A stretch of 64,000 bases of DNA from an uncultured Arcobacter sp. (GTDB lineage: Bacteria; Campylobacterota; Campylobacteria; Campylobacterales; Arcobacteraceae). Each line of letters starts with the position of its first letter. The first letter of the stretch is position 1. Of the stretch, positions 1-9,940 are shown piece by piece. The notes beneath the pieces were generated by a model. It was not told where the DNA came from. It saw only the letters and a program-made list of their open reading frames with translations, and made no database searches. A program made the position numbers and the translations under genes. The DNA lies in NCBI GenBank assembly GCA_965140705.1, contig OZ223300.1, forward strand, positions 1,312,001 to 1,376,000. Reading direction: 5' to 3'.

Positions 1-463
1 TAGTTGAACCTAAAACTAAATCTCTATCTCCTAAAAAATTGTATTCGTTAAATCCAAAGTAGTGAAGAACTTGATTTATTAAACCAATTTCTGGAGCATA
101 AAAAAATAGCCAAATATTTGCAACTGCAACCATAGGTAAAATTGTAGGAGTAAAATATGCAAGTCTTACAATTGATCTAGCTTTTATTTTTTCTTGAACA
201 AAAATTGCCATTGCTAAAGATATCATAATTGATAGGGGAACTGTTGTTAGTGAAAAATAAAGTGTATTTTTTAGTGTTTGTATAAATATTGGATCATGAA
301 TCATATACTCATAATTATCAAGCCCAATAAATCTTTTGGGCTTGAGTACTGTTTGATTAGAAAAAAATGAGTTAATAAATGTTGTTACAGTTGGATAATG
401 AGTAAATGCAACAATTAAAATAAATCCAGGTAATAACAATAACCAACCGTAAACATGTCTCAT
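1..463 (-). CDS. Carbohydrate ABC transporter permease (UgpA/MalF-like), 5' part only; runs off the window edge
   Basis: Manual translation from ATG at 463: MRHVYGWLLLLPGFILIVAFTHYP...FIGLDNY...RLAYFTPTILPMVAVANIW; follows the binding-protein gene. Confidence 0.85.
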   Translation of the reverse strand, partial: MRHVYGWLLLLPGFILIVAFTHYPTVTTFINSFFSNQTVLKPKRFIGLDNYEYMIHDPIFIQTLKNTLYFSLTTVPLSIMISLAMAIFVQEKIKARSIVRLAYFTPTILPMVAVANIWLFFYAPEIGLINQVLHYFGFNEYNFLGDRDLVLGST

Positions 464-471
464 AATTTTCC

Positions 472-1740
472 TTATTTATAATCTTTTAATAATCTATTTG
501 CTTGATTTTGAGCATCATCTAATGCATCTTTAGCACTTTTTTTATCTGTTAATACAGCTTGAATAGAGTCATCTAATATTTTTCTAACTCTTCCTGTTTG
601 ATAAGTAGATAATTCAGCAGTTGCAAAATCTAATTGATCTCTTGCTACTTTTGCAGGAGGGAACTCTTCTACATATTTTTTTAGAGCAGGTGTTTCATAA
701 GCAGCTTTTGAAATACCAATATATCCTGTACCAATTGACCATTTTGCAGAGTTTTCTGGGCTAGTCATAAATTTGATAAGTTTTAAAGATGCCTCTTTTT
801 GTTTTGCTGTAGTATTTTTAAAAATGTAAAAGTTTCCTCCACCTGTTGGAGTTCCTCTCATCTCTTTTGCAGGAAGCATAGCTACTCCAAAATCGAATTT
901 TGCATTCTTTTTAACAGCAGTTAAATTACCAGTTGAGTGCCACATCATGGCAGTCTTACCACTTAAGAAATTTTTTCTTAGTGTTCCCCATTCAATCGTA
1001 CCTTCTGGCATAATTTTATATTTACTTGATAAATCTTTCCAGTATTGTAAGGCCTCAATAACTTTTGGATTATTGAAATAAGTTTTTGTTCCTTCCCCAT
1101 TCATAAGAACTTCACCATTTTCTTTAGCAAGTGCTCCAAACATCCAATATGGATAACCAGTTGAAGGAATCATTAATCCCCATTGTTTATCATTTGTAAG
1201 TTTTTTACCCATTGAAACCATTTCATCCCAATTTTTTGGTGGTTTGTTTGGATCTAAACCTGCTTTTTTAAATGCATCTTTGTTATAATACATTACAATG
1301 GTAGAACGTTGAAAAGGGATACCCCAAACTTTCCCTAGAGTTGTACCATTTTCCATTAAAGCTGGATAAAAGCTTTTTAGCCATTTTTTATCTTCTTGGG
1401 ATTTTGCAAGGTCAGAGAAAGATACAATGGCATTTTGCTCAATTAAGTCGTAAACATCAATAGAGAACATTACGGCTAATTGGGCAGGTTCTCCAGCTTT
1501 TAGGGCTGCAAGTGATTTTATTCTTGCATCATTATAATTACCAGCATATATTGCTTTTACATCAATATCTGGATTTTGTTTTTCAAAATCATCAACCATA
1601 GAATCAACTATTTTTGTTAATGGACCACCTACTGATACAGGATAATACATTGTTAGTTTTGTTTTATCTGCATTTGCACTTGTTAGTAAACTTGCACCTA
1701 TAACACTATACATAGCAACTTTTTTCATAAGTTTTAACAT
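472..1740 (-). CDS. ABC transporter substrate-binding protein, UgpB-like (CUT1 family)
   Basis: Signal peptide, PFQRSTIVMYYNKDAF and PPKNWDEM motifs, operon context. Confidence 0.85.
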   Translation of the reverse strand: MLKLMKKVAMYSVIGASLLTSANADKTKLTMYYPVSVGGPLTKIVDSMVDDFEKQNPDIDVKAIYAGNYNDARIKSLAALKAGEPAQLAVMFSIDVYDLIEQNAIVSFSDLAKSQEDKKWLKSFYPALMENGTTLGKVWGIPFQRSTIVMYYNKDAFKKAGLDPNKPPKNWDEMVSMGKKLTNDKQWGLMIPSTGYPYWMFGALAKENGEVLMNGEGTKTYFNNPKVIEALQYWKDLSSKYKIMPEGTIEWGTLRKNFLSGKTAMMWHSTGNLTAVKKNAKFDFGVAMLPAKEMRGTPTGGGNFYIFKNTTAKQKEASLKLIKFMTSPENSAKWSIGTGYIGISKAAYETPALKKYVEEFPPAKVARDQLDFATAELSTYQTGRVRKILDDSIQAVLTDKKSAKDALDDAQNQANRLLKDYK

Positions 1741-1767
1741 TTTATTTCCTATTATTAAAAATACTAT

Positions 1768-2841
1768 TCAAGATAAGATTTCTCTTCTCTCACCAAAAGA
1801 GTCAAAAAAGTTAATTTTTGACTCATGCCAATTTACCCAAACCCTATCACCAGCTTGATAGTTGTTTTTCTTATCACTTCTTACTAAAATAGGTTTTTCT
1901 AAATCATTTTTTAATGTTTGAATGCCTAATATTGTGTCAGAACCATGATAGTCTTGAAAAACAACTTTTGCTTCTATTCCCTCTTTTTCTTTTACAAAGA
2001 ATATATCTTCAGGTCTTATTCCAAAGAAATTTGTTTTATTGGAAATACGGTTTGAGTAAGTAGATTTAAACTCTTGATCATCTATATATATTTTTGTACC
2101 TTCTTTTTTTACTTTTATTATATTCATAGGAGGAGTTCCTATAAATCTGCCTACAAAAGTAGAAGCAACATTTTCATATAGTTCTTGTGGACTTCCTTGT
2201 TGTTCTATTTCTCCTTTATTTAATAAGATAATATGATCAGCCATACTCATAGCTTCTGTTTGATCATGGGTTACATATAAAACTGTCATCTTTAATTGTT
2301 GTTGTAGTTTTTTTATCTCTATTCTCATTTCATTTCTTAGTTTTGCATCAAGATTTGATAGGGGTTCATCCATAAGACATATTTTATTTTTTGCTACAAA
2401 GGCACGTGCAAGTGCAACACGTTGTTTTTGTCCACCTGATAATTGCGAAGGTTTATTTTCTAATAATCCTTCAAGACCCACAAGTTTTACAACTTTTTTC
2501 AGTCTTTTCTCTTGTTTTTCTTTTGGTACTTTTCTAACCTTTAGTCCAAAAAGAATATTTTCCTTAACACTTAAATGGGGAAAGAGGGCATAAGATTGGA
2601 ATACCATAGAAATACCTCTTTTTGAAGATTGTAGTTTTGATACATCTTTCCCATCTATTAAAATTTCACCTGAAGTGATTTCTTCAAGTCCTGCAATCAT
2701 TCTTAAAGTCGTAGATTTACCACAACCTGAGGGTCCTAATAAAACTGTAAAACTCTCCTCTTTAATTGTAAAGTTTAGATTTTCAATAATTGTTTTTTCT
2801 TCATATTTTTTTGTTATATTTTTTAATTGTATTGATGACAT
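1768..2841 (-). CDS. ABC transporter ATP-binding protein, UgpC/MalK-like
   Basis: Walker A GPSGCGKST, LSGGQKQR signature, DEPLSNLDAKLR. Confidence 0.92.
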   Translation of the reverse strand: MSSIQLKNITKKYEEKTIIENLNFTIKEESFTVLLGPSGCGKSTTLRMIAGLEEITSGEILIDGKDVSKLQSSKRGISMVFQSYALFPHLSVKENILFGLKVRKVPKEKQEKRLKKVVKLVGLEGLLENKPSQLSGGQKQRVALARAFVAKNKICLMDEPLSNLDAKLRNEMRIEIKKLQQQLKMTVLYVTHDQTEAMSMADHIILLNKGEIEQQGSPQELYENVASTFVGRFIGTPPMNIIKVKKEGTKIYIDDQEFKSTYSNRISNKTNFFGIRPEDIFFVKEKEGIEAKVVFQDYHGSDTILGIQTLKNDLEKPILVRSDKKNNYQAGDRVWVNWHESKINFFDSFGERREILS

Positions 2842-2853
2842 TAAATATTTCCT

Positions 2854-3618
2854 CTATTCTTTTTCATAATTTATTTCTACACTGTTTTTTTCTAATAATT
2901 TACATATATTTTTAGGAGGTTTTTTATCACAAAAGATAGAATCAACATTTGATATATTTCCGCTTCTTATATAAGCATTTCTTTCAAATTTAGAGTAATC
3001 AGCTACTAAAAATACTTTTTTGCTAGATTTACTTATTGCTTCTCTAGCTTGACACTCTTCTTGTGTAAAATCAAGAAGTGAACCATCATCTTCTATTGCT
3101 CCAACTCCATATATACCAAAATCAACACTGTATGAACTGAAAAATTTTTCAATATCATTTCCTACAATATCTCTATGTTTATTTCTTAGTAATCCTCCAT
3201 GAAGAGTTACTTCAAAAGAGGAATTTTCACAACATACAAGAGCAACATTCAGATTATTTGTAAAGATTTTTAGATTTTTATGATTAATTAACTCTTTTGC
3301 AATTATTTCAGGAGTTGTACCAATTGAAAAGAATAATGAAGAGTTATTGGGAATTTGTTTAGCAATTAATCTTGCAATGATTTTTTTTTCATCATAATGA
3401 ATTATTTTTCTACTATCATATGATATATTATCTCTTTGGAGTGCCATTTCAACACCACCATATATTCTTCTTAAAAGTCCTTCTTCACATAAAAAGTTTA
3501 TATCTTTTCTAATAGATTGAACTGATACAGAAAAAATCTTACTCAAGTTTTCTACTGTTGCAGATTTTTCTTGTCTTACTTTTTCTAAAATATAGGCTTG
3601 TCTCTCTTTTGGTTTCAT
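2854..3618 (-). CDS. DeoR/GlpR-family transcriptional regulator
   Basis: N-terminal HTH (VSVQSIRKDI...RRIYGG) and DeoR C-terminal sensor (IGTT, TNN, ADYSKF); start moved to ATG at 3618. Confidence 0.9.
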   Translation of the reverse strand: MKPKERQAYILEKVRQEKSATVENLSKIFSVSVQSIRKDINFLCEEGLLRRIYGGVEMALQRDNISYDSRKIIHYDEKKIIARLIAKQIPNNSSLFFSIGTTPEIIAKELINHKNLKIFTNNLNVALVCCENSSFEVTLHGGLLRNKHRDIVGNDIEKFFSSYSVDFGIYGVGAIEDDGSLLDFTQEECQAREAISKSSKKVFLVADYSKFERNAYIRSGNISNVDSIFCDKKPPKNICKLLEKNSVEINYEKE

Positions 3619-3646
3619 TATAAGCTTTCGTTTATATAGTTTAAAA

Positions 3647-3662
3647 TCTTTCGTTCGAAAGA
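3647..3662. promoter_or_regulatory. Putative DeoR/GlpR operator
   Basis: Palindrome TCTTTCG-TT-CGAAAGA just downstream of a minus-strand TATACT (3672-3677); extra half-site CTTTCGTT at 3625-3632. Confidence 0.55.
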
Positions 3663-3671
3663 AATTAAGGA

Positions 3672-3704
3672 AGTATAGATACAAATTATTACATTGTGAT
3701 TACA
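3672..3704 (-). promoter_or_regulatory. Putative promoter with pho-box-like tandem repeat
   Basis: Minus strand TGTAAT-cacaa-TGTAAT (11-bp period) ending 10 bp upstream of a TATACT -10 hexamer. Confidence 0.45.
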
Positions 3705-3753
3705 AAGAAAAGACTTTTTATTGTTATGTTTAGATTTAATTATTAGAATATGG

Positions 3754-3767
3754 TGAATATTCATTTA
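3754..3767. promoter_or_regulatory. Putative TetR operator, copy 1 (tetR-hydrogenase promoter)
   Basis: TGAATATTCATTTA, one mismatch to TGAAYRNNYRTTCA; follows TAGAAT at 3744-3749. Confidence 0.55.
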
Positions 3768-3821
3768 TTATTAACAAATATTTTAATATTATATATCATT
3801 ATTAAATCAAGGTAAAAAATT

Positions 3822-4418
3822 ATGTCTACAAAAGAAGAGAAGAAAAATAGTATTATTAGAAATTCATTAATTTTATTTGCAAAAAAAGGCTTTTATAATA
3901 CAACTATTCCAGATATAGCAAAAGCTATGAGTATGAGTGTTGGTAACATGTATAACTATTTTTCTTCAAAAGAAGAATTAGCAAAAGTTGCCATAAAGTA
4001 TTCTACAAATATTATGGCTGACGAATTGCGAAAAATAAACCATTTAGATATATCTTCAAAAGAAAAGCTATTTTTATTTGTAAAAAGTTATTTGAGTAAC
4101 GTAAAAAATTCTCCAGAAGTGATAGATTATTTCCTAAGGGTATATTTATCAAATAGAGAAGTCTTTAAAGATGGTTGTGAAGGTTTTTTATGTGTAGGTG
4201 AATTTGTAACAGAAGTTATGATTTTTCTAGATGATGGAGCACAAAAGAAAGAGTTTAGAGAACAAGAATTTTTCCCTGCATTTGGTATGTTAATGGGAAG
4301 TTTAGGTGGCTTTGCCTTTATGAATGGTGAGAATGTTTTGGATAAAGATTTATTAGAATATTCTGATTCTATTGCTGAAAATATTTATAGAGCATTAAAA
4401 TATGATGAATGTGCATAA
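3822..4418 (+). CDS. TetR/AcrR-family transcriptional regulator
   Basis: LFAKKGFYNTTIPDIAKAMSMSVGNMYNYFSSKEEL HTH; overlaps the next gene. Confidence 0.93.
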   Translation: MSTKEEKKNSIIRNSLILFAKKGFYNTTIPDIAKAMSMSVGNMYNYFSSKEELAKVAIKYSTNIMADELRKINHLDISSKEKLFLFVKSYLSNVKNSPEVIDYFLRVYLSNREVFKDGCEGFLCVGEFVTEVMIFLDDGAQKKEFREQEFFPAFGMLMGSLGGFAFMNGENVLDKDLLEYSDSIAENIYRALKYDECA

Positions 4419-5337
4419 AACAACTTTACCAAAAGTTGTTTGGCTTCAAGGTATTACTTGTAATGGCAATACCCACTCTTTTTTATCTGCAAATTCATCA
4501 AGATTTGAACAGTTTAATAATAACTTTGATTTGATTTATCATCCAAGTTTAACTGTTGATACAACTCTTGATGAAATCTTAGAATCAGAAGATAGAATTG
4601 ATTATTTGTTAGTTGAAGGCGCAATAACAAATGATGAATTTTATTTTTCAATTTCTAAAAGAAATTTAGCAGAAGTATTAAATGCACTTGTTTTAAAATC
4701 AAATTTCCTAATTGCCGTTGGTTCCTGTGCTTCTTATGGGGGAATACATGCAAAGTTTGAACAAAATAGCAAAACTGGTGGATTAAAAGATTATATTTCG
4801 AATGAAAATCAAGCATCACTTTCCCATGAGATTATAAATCTTACTGGTTGTCCTGTTCACCCAGAATGGATAATGCAGACTCTTTTTACCTTGAAATTTA
4901 ATGGTTTAATTACCCTTGATGATAAATCAAGACCAATAGAGTTGTATGGAGGTCTTGCCCATCATGGTTGCACTAGAAATGAGTACTTTGAGTGGAAAGT
5001 AGAGGCTAAAAGTTTTGGCTTAAAAGAGGGGTGTTTATTTTACAATGAAGGGTGTCGTGGACCAATGACACACTCAAATTGTAATAAAATTTTGTGGAAT
5101 GATGTTAGTAGCAAAACAAGGGTAGGAATGCCCTGTATTGGTTGTACAGAATATGATTTTCCACGACTTAATATGTTTGAAACTAAAAAACATATAGGAA
5201 TACCTTTTGAGCCACCACTTGGAATTCCTAAAAGAGCATATTTATCAATTTCAGGTGTTGCTAAAACATTTACAATTCCTAGATTAAATCAAAAATTAAA
5301 TCACTTTTATGAGAGTAAAAATAATGAAAACAGTTGA
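4402..5337 (+). CDS. [NiFe] hydrogenase small subunit, cytoplasmic group 2-type (probably 2d)
   Basis: CNGN, VGSCASYGG, GCPVHP, HHGCTR, GCRGP, PCIGC; no Tat signal or membrane anchor. Confidence 0.88.
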   Translation: MMNVHKTTLPKVVWLQGITCNGNTHSFLSANSSRFEQFNNNFDLIYHPSLTVDTTLDEILESEDRIDYLLVEGAITNDEFYFSISKRNLAEVLNALVLKSNFLIAVGSCASYGGIHAKFEQNSKTGGLKDYISNENQASLSHEIINLTGCPVHPEWIMQTLFTLKFNGLITLDDKSRPIELYGGLAHHGCTRNEYFEWKVEAKSFGLKEGCLFYNEGCRGPMTHSNCNKILWNDVSSKTRVGMPCIGCTEYDFPRLNMFETKKHIGIPFEPPLGIPKRAYLSISGVAKTFTIPRLNQKLNHFYESKNNENS

Positions 5338-6676
5338 TATCGTAGAGCGAATTGAGGGTGAAGCAAAACTTAATTTGACATGGAAAGATAATATAGTAAG
5401 TGATTCTTCAATTGATTTTCTAAATTTTAGAGGTTTTGAATATATTTTAGAGAATAAACCTATTTTAGATGCCTTAGTTTATACCCCAAGAATTTGTGGA
5501 ATATGCGGGCAAGCTCATCTTTTAGCAACTGTTAATGCAATAGAAAATCTATATAAAAACTCTGGTAATGAATTACATATTACAAATAAAGCTAAAATAC
5601 TTAGGGAACTAGGATTGATTATTGAAATAATTGATTCTCATATCAAGTGGTTTTATATGTTTATTATGCCAGATATTATTGAAATATCTAAAAAACAATA
5701 TGAAGGATATACTCCTTTAAAAGGAGAAAAATGGCTAGGAGCGCAAAAAGGTGCTAGTGAGATAATAAAGGCACTAGCTATATATGCAGGACAATGGCCA
5801 CATACTTCTTATATGATTCCTGGTGGAGTAGTAAGTGATCCAACACTATTAGATATTGTAACTTGTGAAAACTATATTGATCAGACAATAAAATATTTTG
5901 AAAAAGATATAGCAGGAATAAATATTGATAATTATTTATCTTTAAATAGTTTTGAAGAATTAATTTCATTATCTGCATCTTTGAGGGATTTTGTTAATAT
6001 CTCTTTTGAGACAAAACTAGAGCAAGTGGGAAAGACACACAATAGGCATTTGGTTTTATCAGATATGATAGGTGTAAAACCAGGACTTTATAATAAAAAG
6101 ATATCTAATAATATTGATTTAGCAAAGATAAAAGAGAGTGAAGAATATACTTTTAATATAAATAAAAAAGATAATAAAAAAGCCCATACTTGGTCTAAAA
6201 GTGTTCAATATAATAAACATTTTTATGAAGTAGGTCCTTTGTCAAGAGCTGTTATAAATGAGAGGGAATTTATAACAACCTTACATAACAAGTATGATGA
6301 TTCAATATTTACAAGAGTAATGTCAAGGGTTGATGAGATAGCACATCTTTTAATTTACAGTAAAAAACTTATAAAACAAATAGATATAAGTGAAGAGTCA
6401 TATGTTAAACCTAAAGTTGATTTAAAAAGTTTAGAAAACATAAGTGCAACTTCTACTGTTGAAGCATGTAGAGGTTCACTTGTTCACACAATAAGTGTAA
6501 ATAAAGGGCTTATTACAAAATATGATGTAATTACACCTACAGTTTGGAATTTAGGTCCAAAGAATAATATAGAATTAGGTGTTGCACAAAAAGCAATTAT
6601 AGGTTCTAAGTCACTAAATATTGCAAAAATCATATTAAGATCCTTTGATATATGTTCTGTTTGTACAACACATTAA
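5324..6676 (+). CDS. [NiFe] hydrogenase large subunit, group 2-type (probably 2d)
   Basis: RIEG, L1 RICGICGQAH, L2 DICSVCTTH ending at the stop codon (no cleavable C-terminal extension). Confidence 0.9.
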   Translation: MKTVDIVERIEGEAKLNLTWKDNIVSDSSIDFLNFRGFEYILENKPILDALVYTPRICGICGQAHLLATVNAIENLYKNSGNELHITNKAKILRELGLIIEIIDSHIKWFYMFIMPDIIEISKKQYEGYTPLKGEKWLGAQKGASEIIKALAIYAGQWPHTSYMIPGGVVSDPTLLDIVTCENYIDQTIKYFEKDIAGINIDNYLSLNSFEELISLSASLRDFVNISFETKLEQVGKTHNRHLVLSDMIGVKPGLYNKKISNNIDLAKIKESEEYTFNINKKDNKKAHTWSKSVQYNKHFYEVGPLSRAVINEREFITTLHNKYDDSIFTRVMSRVDEIAHLLIYSKKLIKQIDISEESYVKPKVDLKSLENISATSTVEACRGSLVHTISVNKGLITKYDVITPTVWNLGPKNNIELGVAQKAIIGSKSLNIAKIILRSFDICSVCTTH

Positions 6677-6690
6677 TGAATATTTATTCA
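6677..6690. promoter_or_regulatory. Putative TetR operator, copy 2
   Basis: TGAATA-TT-TATTCA immediately after the large-subunit stop codon. Confidence 0.55.
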
Positions 6691-6723
6691 AAAAGTAGAG
6701 TAGTTTTGTAACAAGCTTTAAAA

Positions 6724-6844
6724 ATTGTTAAAAATGCTATTACTTATGTATTTTTAGTACCAAAATAAAATTAAGTACCAACTTATCGTATTATTTGAAA
6801 TAGTTATAATAGTAAAGAACAATTTTATTGTTAAAAATGCTATT
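6724..6844. repeat. 18-bp direct repeat ATTGTTAAAAATGCTATT, two copies (6724-6741, 6827-6844)
   Basis: Exact repeat read in the intergenic region upstream of hydA1. Confidence 0.8.
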
Positions 6845-6920
6845 TTAATGCTATGTTAAGCCAATTATTTAAATATCAAATTAAGTTTTAATTAAGTAAC
6901 CAAAAGTTAAATTACGATAA

Positions 6921-6934
6921 TAAATGAATATTCA
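6921..6934. promoter_or_regulatory. Putative TetR operator, copy 3 (hydA1 promoter)
   Basis: TAAATGAATATTCA, the exact reverse complement of copy 1; follows TACGAT at 6913-6918. Confidence 0.55.
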
Positions 6935-6956
6935 TTTTTTAATTTAAGGAGAACAA

Positions 6957-8204
6957 ATGGCTTACGATTCTCAAGAGATGGTTAAAAAAGTTTTTAACCA
7001 GAACTCTGCAAGGGTGGATACGAACAAAGGTGAAGAGTTTTACACTAATCTATTTGAAAAAACAAAAGCTAGATTAAGTAAACTAAGAAAACAACCAGCT
7101 CTTAAAGATATTGATATTATTGATGTAATTGAGAGTGAAGGTGTAAATAGAAGAGATTTTATGAAGTGGGCAAGTGCAACAACTGCAACACTTATGCTAC
7201 CTCCTATGTTTACTCCTTTAGTAGCAGAAGCTGCTGAGTTAATGAATAGGCTTCCTGTAATTTGGATTGAATTACAAGATTGTGCTGGAAATTCAGAAGC
7301 ATTATTAAGGTCTTCAGCCCCTACTGTTGATGATTTGATTTTTGATGTATTATCACTAGAATTTCATGAAACTATTATGGCTGCAGCTGGTCATCAAGCA
7401 GATGCTCAACTTGAAGATGCAGTTGAACACTTCAAAGGTAAATATTTATTATTTGTAGAGGGGTCAATTCCTACAGCTATGAATGGTCAATATGGAACTA
7501 TTGGAGCTTCAGGTGAAACTTTTCAAGAGCACTTAATGAGACTATCTAAAGATTCAGCTGCTGTTGTTGCTGTTGGTGCCTGTGCTACTTTTGGTGGTGT
7601 TCCAGCTGCTGCTCCAAATCCAACAGGTGCTGTTGGTGTTATGGATTTAGTTAAAGGTAAACCTGTAATTAATATTCCTGCCTGTCCTGCAAACCCTGCA
7701 AATATGGTTGGGGTTGTACTTCATTATGTTTTAACTGGTCAAATTCCAGAACTTGATTCACTACTTAGACCAAAATTTGCATTTGGATATAGAATACATG
7801 ACAACTGTGAAAGAAGAGCACACTTTGATGCAGGTGAATATGTAGAAGAGTGGGGTGATGAGGGTGCTAAAAATAATTGGTGTCTGTATAAAATGGGATG
7901 TAAAGGTCCAATGACATTTAACAACTGTTCAATTATCAGATACAATGATGGAGCAAATTGGCCAATTGGTGTTGGACGAGGTTGTATTGGATGTTCTGAA
8001 CCTGATTTTTGGGATAAATATGCATATGAAAGACCTATGGCTGATGCACATATTAAAGCTCCAACAGGTGGAGTTGAAAAAACTGTTGATGAATTTGGAT
8101 TAGGTTTATTAACTGCAACTACAATAGGTATAGGTGTTCATGCAATTGCTTCAGCAGTTGTTGGGAAAAGATCAGTAAATAATGGCGAAAGTGAGGATGA
8201 ATAA
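6957..8204 (+). CDS. hydA: Membrane-bound [NiFe] hydrogenase small subunit (group 1), module 1
   Basis: Tat motif NRRDFMK, CAGN, CPANP, IHDNCERR, GCKGP, GCIGC, C-terminal TM helix with His. Confidence 0.93.
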   Translation: MAYDSQEMVKKVFNQNSARVDTNKGEEFYTNLFEKTKARLSKLRKQPALKDIDIIDVIESEGVNRRDFMKWASATTATLMLPPMFTPLVAEAAELMNRLPVIWIELQDCAGNSEALLRSSAPTVDDLIFDVLSLEFHETIMAAAGHQADAQLEDAVEHFKGKYLLFVEGSIPTAMNGQYGTIGASGETFQEHLMRLSKDSAAVVAVGACATFGGVPAAAPNPTGAVGVMDLVKGKPVINIPACPANPANMVGVVLHYVLTGQIPELDSLLRPKFAFGYRIHDNCERRAHFDAGEYVEEWGDEGAKNNWCLYKMGCKGPMTFNNCSIIRYNDGANWPIGVGRGCIGCSEPDFWDKYAYERPMADAHIKAPTGGVEKTVDEFGLGLLTATTIGIGVHAIASAVVGKRSVNNGESEDE

Positions 8205-9940
8205 TGAGCAAGCATATCGTAATAGATCCTATTACAAGAATTGAAGGACACTTAAGAATTGAAGCAGTAATTGATGAAAATAATGTGGTTACTGATGCAT
8301 ATAGTTCTTCAACAATGTTTAGGGGAATAGAAGAGATACTAAAAGGAAGAGATCCAAGAGATTGTGGACTTTTAGCAATGAGAATTTGTGGTGTTTGTAC
8401 AGGTACTCACTACCAAAGAAGTATTGAGGCAGTTGAAAATGCATTTAAAATAACTATTCCTAAAAATGCAAGGTTAGTACGAAATTTGATGCAAGGTTCT
8501 TTATATATCCATGATCACATTGTACATTTTTATCATTTACATGCACTTGATTGGGTTGATATTACAAAAGCACTTGAAGCTGATCCTAAAAAAGCAGTTG
8601 CAGAGGCACAAAAATGGGCAAAACTTTCAGGTCAAAGACCATGGAATGCTAGTGAAGATGTATTTGCAGAAGTTCAAGAAAGAGTTACTAAATATGTAAA
8701 ACAAGGAAGACTTGGAATATTTGGTAATGCTTATTGGGGAAGTAAAGCTTATAAACTAACTCCTGAGCAAAACTTAATAGGTCTTTCTCACTATTTAGAT
8801 GCCTTAGAGTTACAAAGAGAGATTGCAAAAGCACAAGCTATTTTTGGAGGTAAAAATCCACATCCACAATCAATTGTTGTAGGTGGAGTAACATGTGTTC
8901 AAGATATAAAAAATCCAAGTAGAGTAGCAGAATTTAAAGATATTATTCAAAAAGCACAAAAATTCGTAAAACAAGCATATTTACCAGATGTTTATATGGC
9001 TGGAACTATGTATGCTGATGAAGCACTTGATGGAACAGGTGGTGGTTTGGGTAACTATATGTCTTATGGTGACTTTAACTTAGATGATACATCTTTTTAT
9101 GAAGCTGCTAAACTTTTTCCTTCAGGAATAGTTATGAATAAAGATTTATCAAAAGTTTATGATTTGGATCAAACAAAAATATCAGAAGATGTGACTCACG
9201 CTTGGTATGAAGGTAAAACAAATTTACATCCTTATAATGGTGAAACAAAACCAAATTATACTGGATTTAAAGAGAAAAAAGATGGTATTGCTTATTTAGA
9301 CATTAAAAATAAATATTCTTGGATCAAATCACCATTATATAACGACAATAGAATGGAAGTTGGACCATTAGCTAGAATGATAGTAGGTGTTGCAAGAGGT
9401 GATGCTAGAATAAGTAAATATGTTACAACATTTTTGAAAAATGGTAATTTACCAACAAAAGTTCTTTTTTCTACTGTAGGAAGAACAGCTGCACGTGCAA
9501 TAGAAACAGAAATGATGTGTGATGTTGTTATTGAGTGGGCTGATGAATTAGCTAAAAATGCGGCTGCTGGTGATTTATCTACTTGGACTGATTTTGATTT
9601 TAACAAAGTATCTAAAGATGCTCAAGGTTTTGGTATGGCTGAAGCTCCAAGAGGTGCTTTAGGACATTGGATTAAAATCAAAGATGGAAAAGTTTTAAAT
9701 TATCAAGCAGTAGTTCCTTCAACTTGGAATGCAGCACCAAAAGATTATAAAAATAGAATGGGTGCTTATGAATCATCTTTAGTAGGAACAAAAGTAGTAG
9801 ATCCTGATATGCCATTAGAGATATTAAGAACAATACATAGTTTTGACCCTTGTATTGCATGTGCAGTACATATTGTAGATACTAAGGGTAAAGAATTAGG
9901 TGTATACAAAATTGACCCAACAGGTGTTTGCCGTGCGTAA
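8204..9940 (+). CDS. hydB: Membrane-bound [NiFe] hydrogenase large subunit, module 1
   Basis: DPITRIEGHL, RICGVC, DPCIACAVH plus C-terminal extension. Confidence 0.95.
   Translation: MSKHIVIDPITRIEGHLRIEAVIDENNVVTDAYSSSTMFRGIEEILKGRDPRDCGLLAMRICGVCTGTHYQRSIEAVENAFKITIPKNARLVRNLMQGSLYIHDHIVHFYHLHALDWVDITKALEADPKKAVAEAQKWAKLSGQRPWNASEDVFAEVQERVTKYVKQGRLGIFGNAYWGSKAYKLTPEQNLIGLSHYLDALELQREIAKAQAIFGGKNPHPQSIVVGGVTCVQDIKNPSRVAEFKDIIQKAQKFVKQAYLPDVYMAGTMYADEALDGTGGGLGNYMSYGDFNLDDTSFYEAAKLFPSGIVMNKDLSKVYDLDQTKISEDVTHAWYEGKTNLHPYNGETKPNYTGFKEKKDGIAYLDIKNKYSWIKSPLYNDNRMEVGPLARMIVGVARGDARISKYVTTFLKNGNLPTKVLFSTVGRTAARAIETEMMCDVVIEWADELAKNAAAGDLSTWTDFDFNKVSKDAQGFGMAEAPRGALGHWIKIKDGKVLNYQAVVPSTWNAAPKDYKNRMGAYESSLVGTKVVDPDMPLEILRTIHSFDPCIACAVHIVDTKGKELGVYKIDPTGVCRA

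Noticed and set aside
6957..7230. Unusually long N-terminal region before the Tat RR motif of HydA
   Set aside because: Long HydA signal peptides are normal in Campylobacterota, and both paralogues show one.
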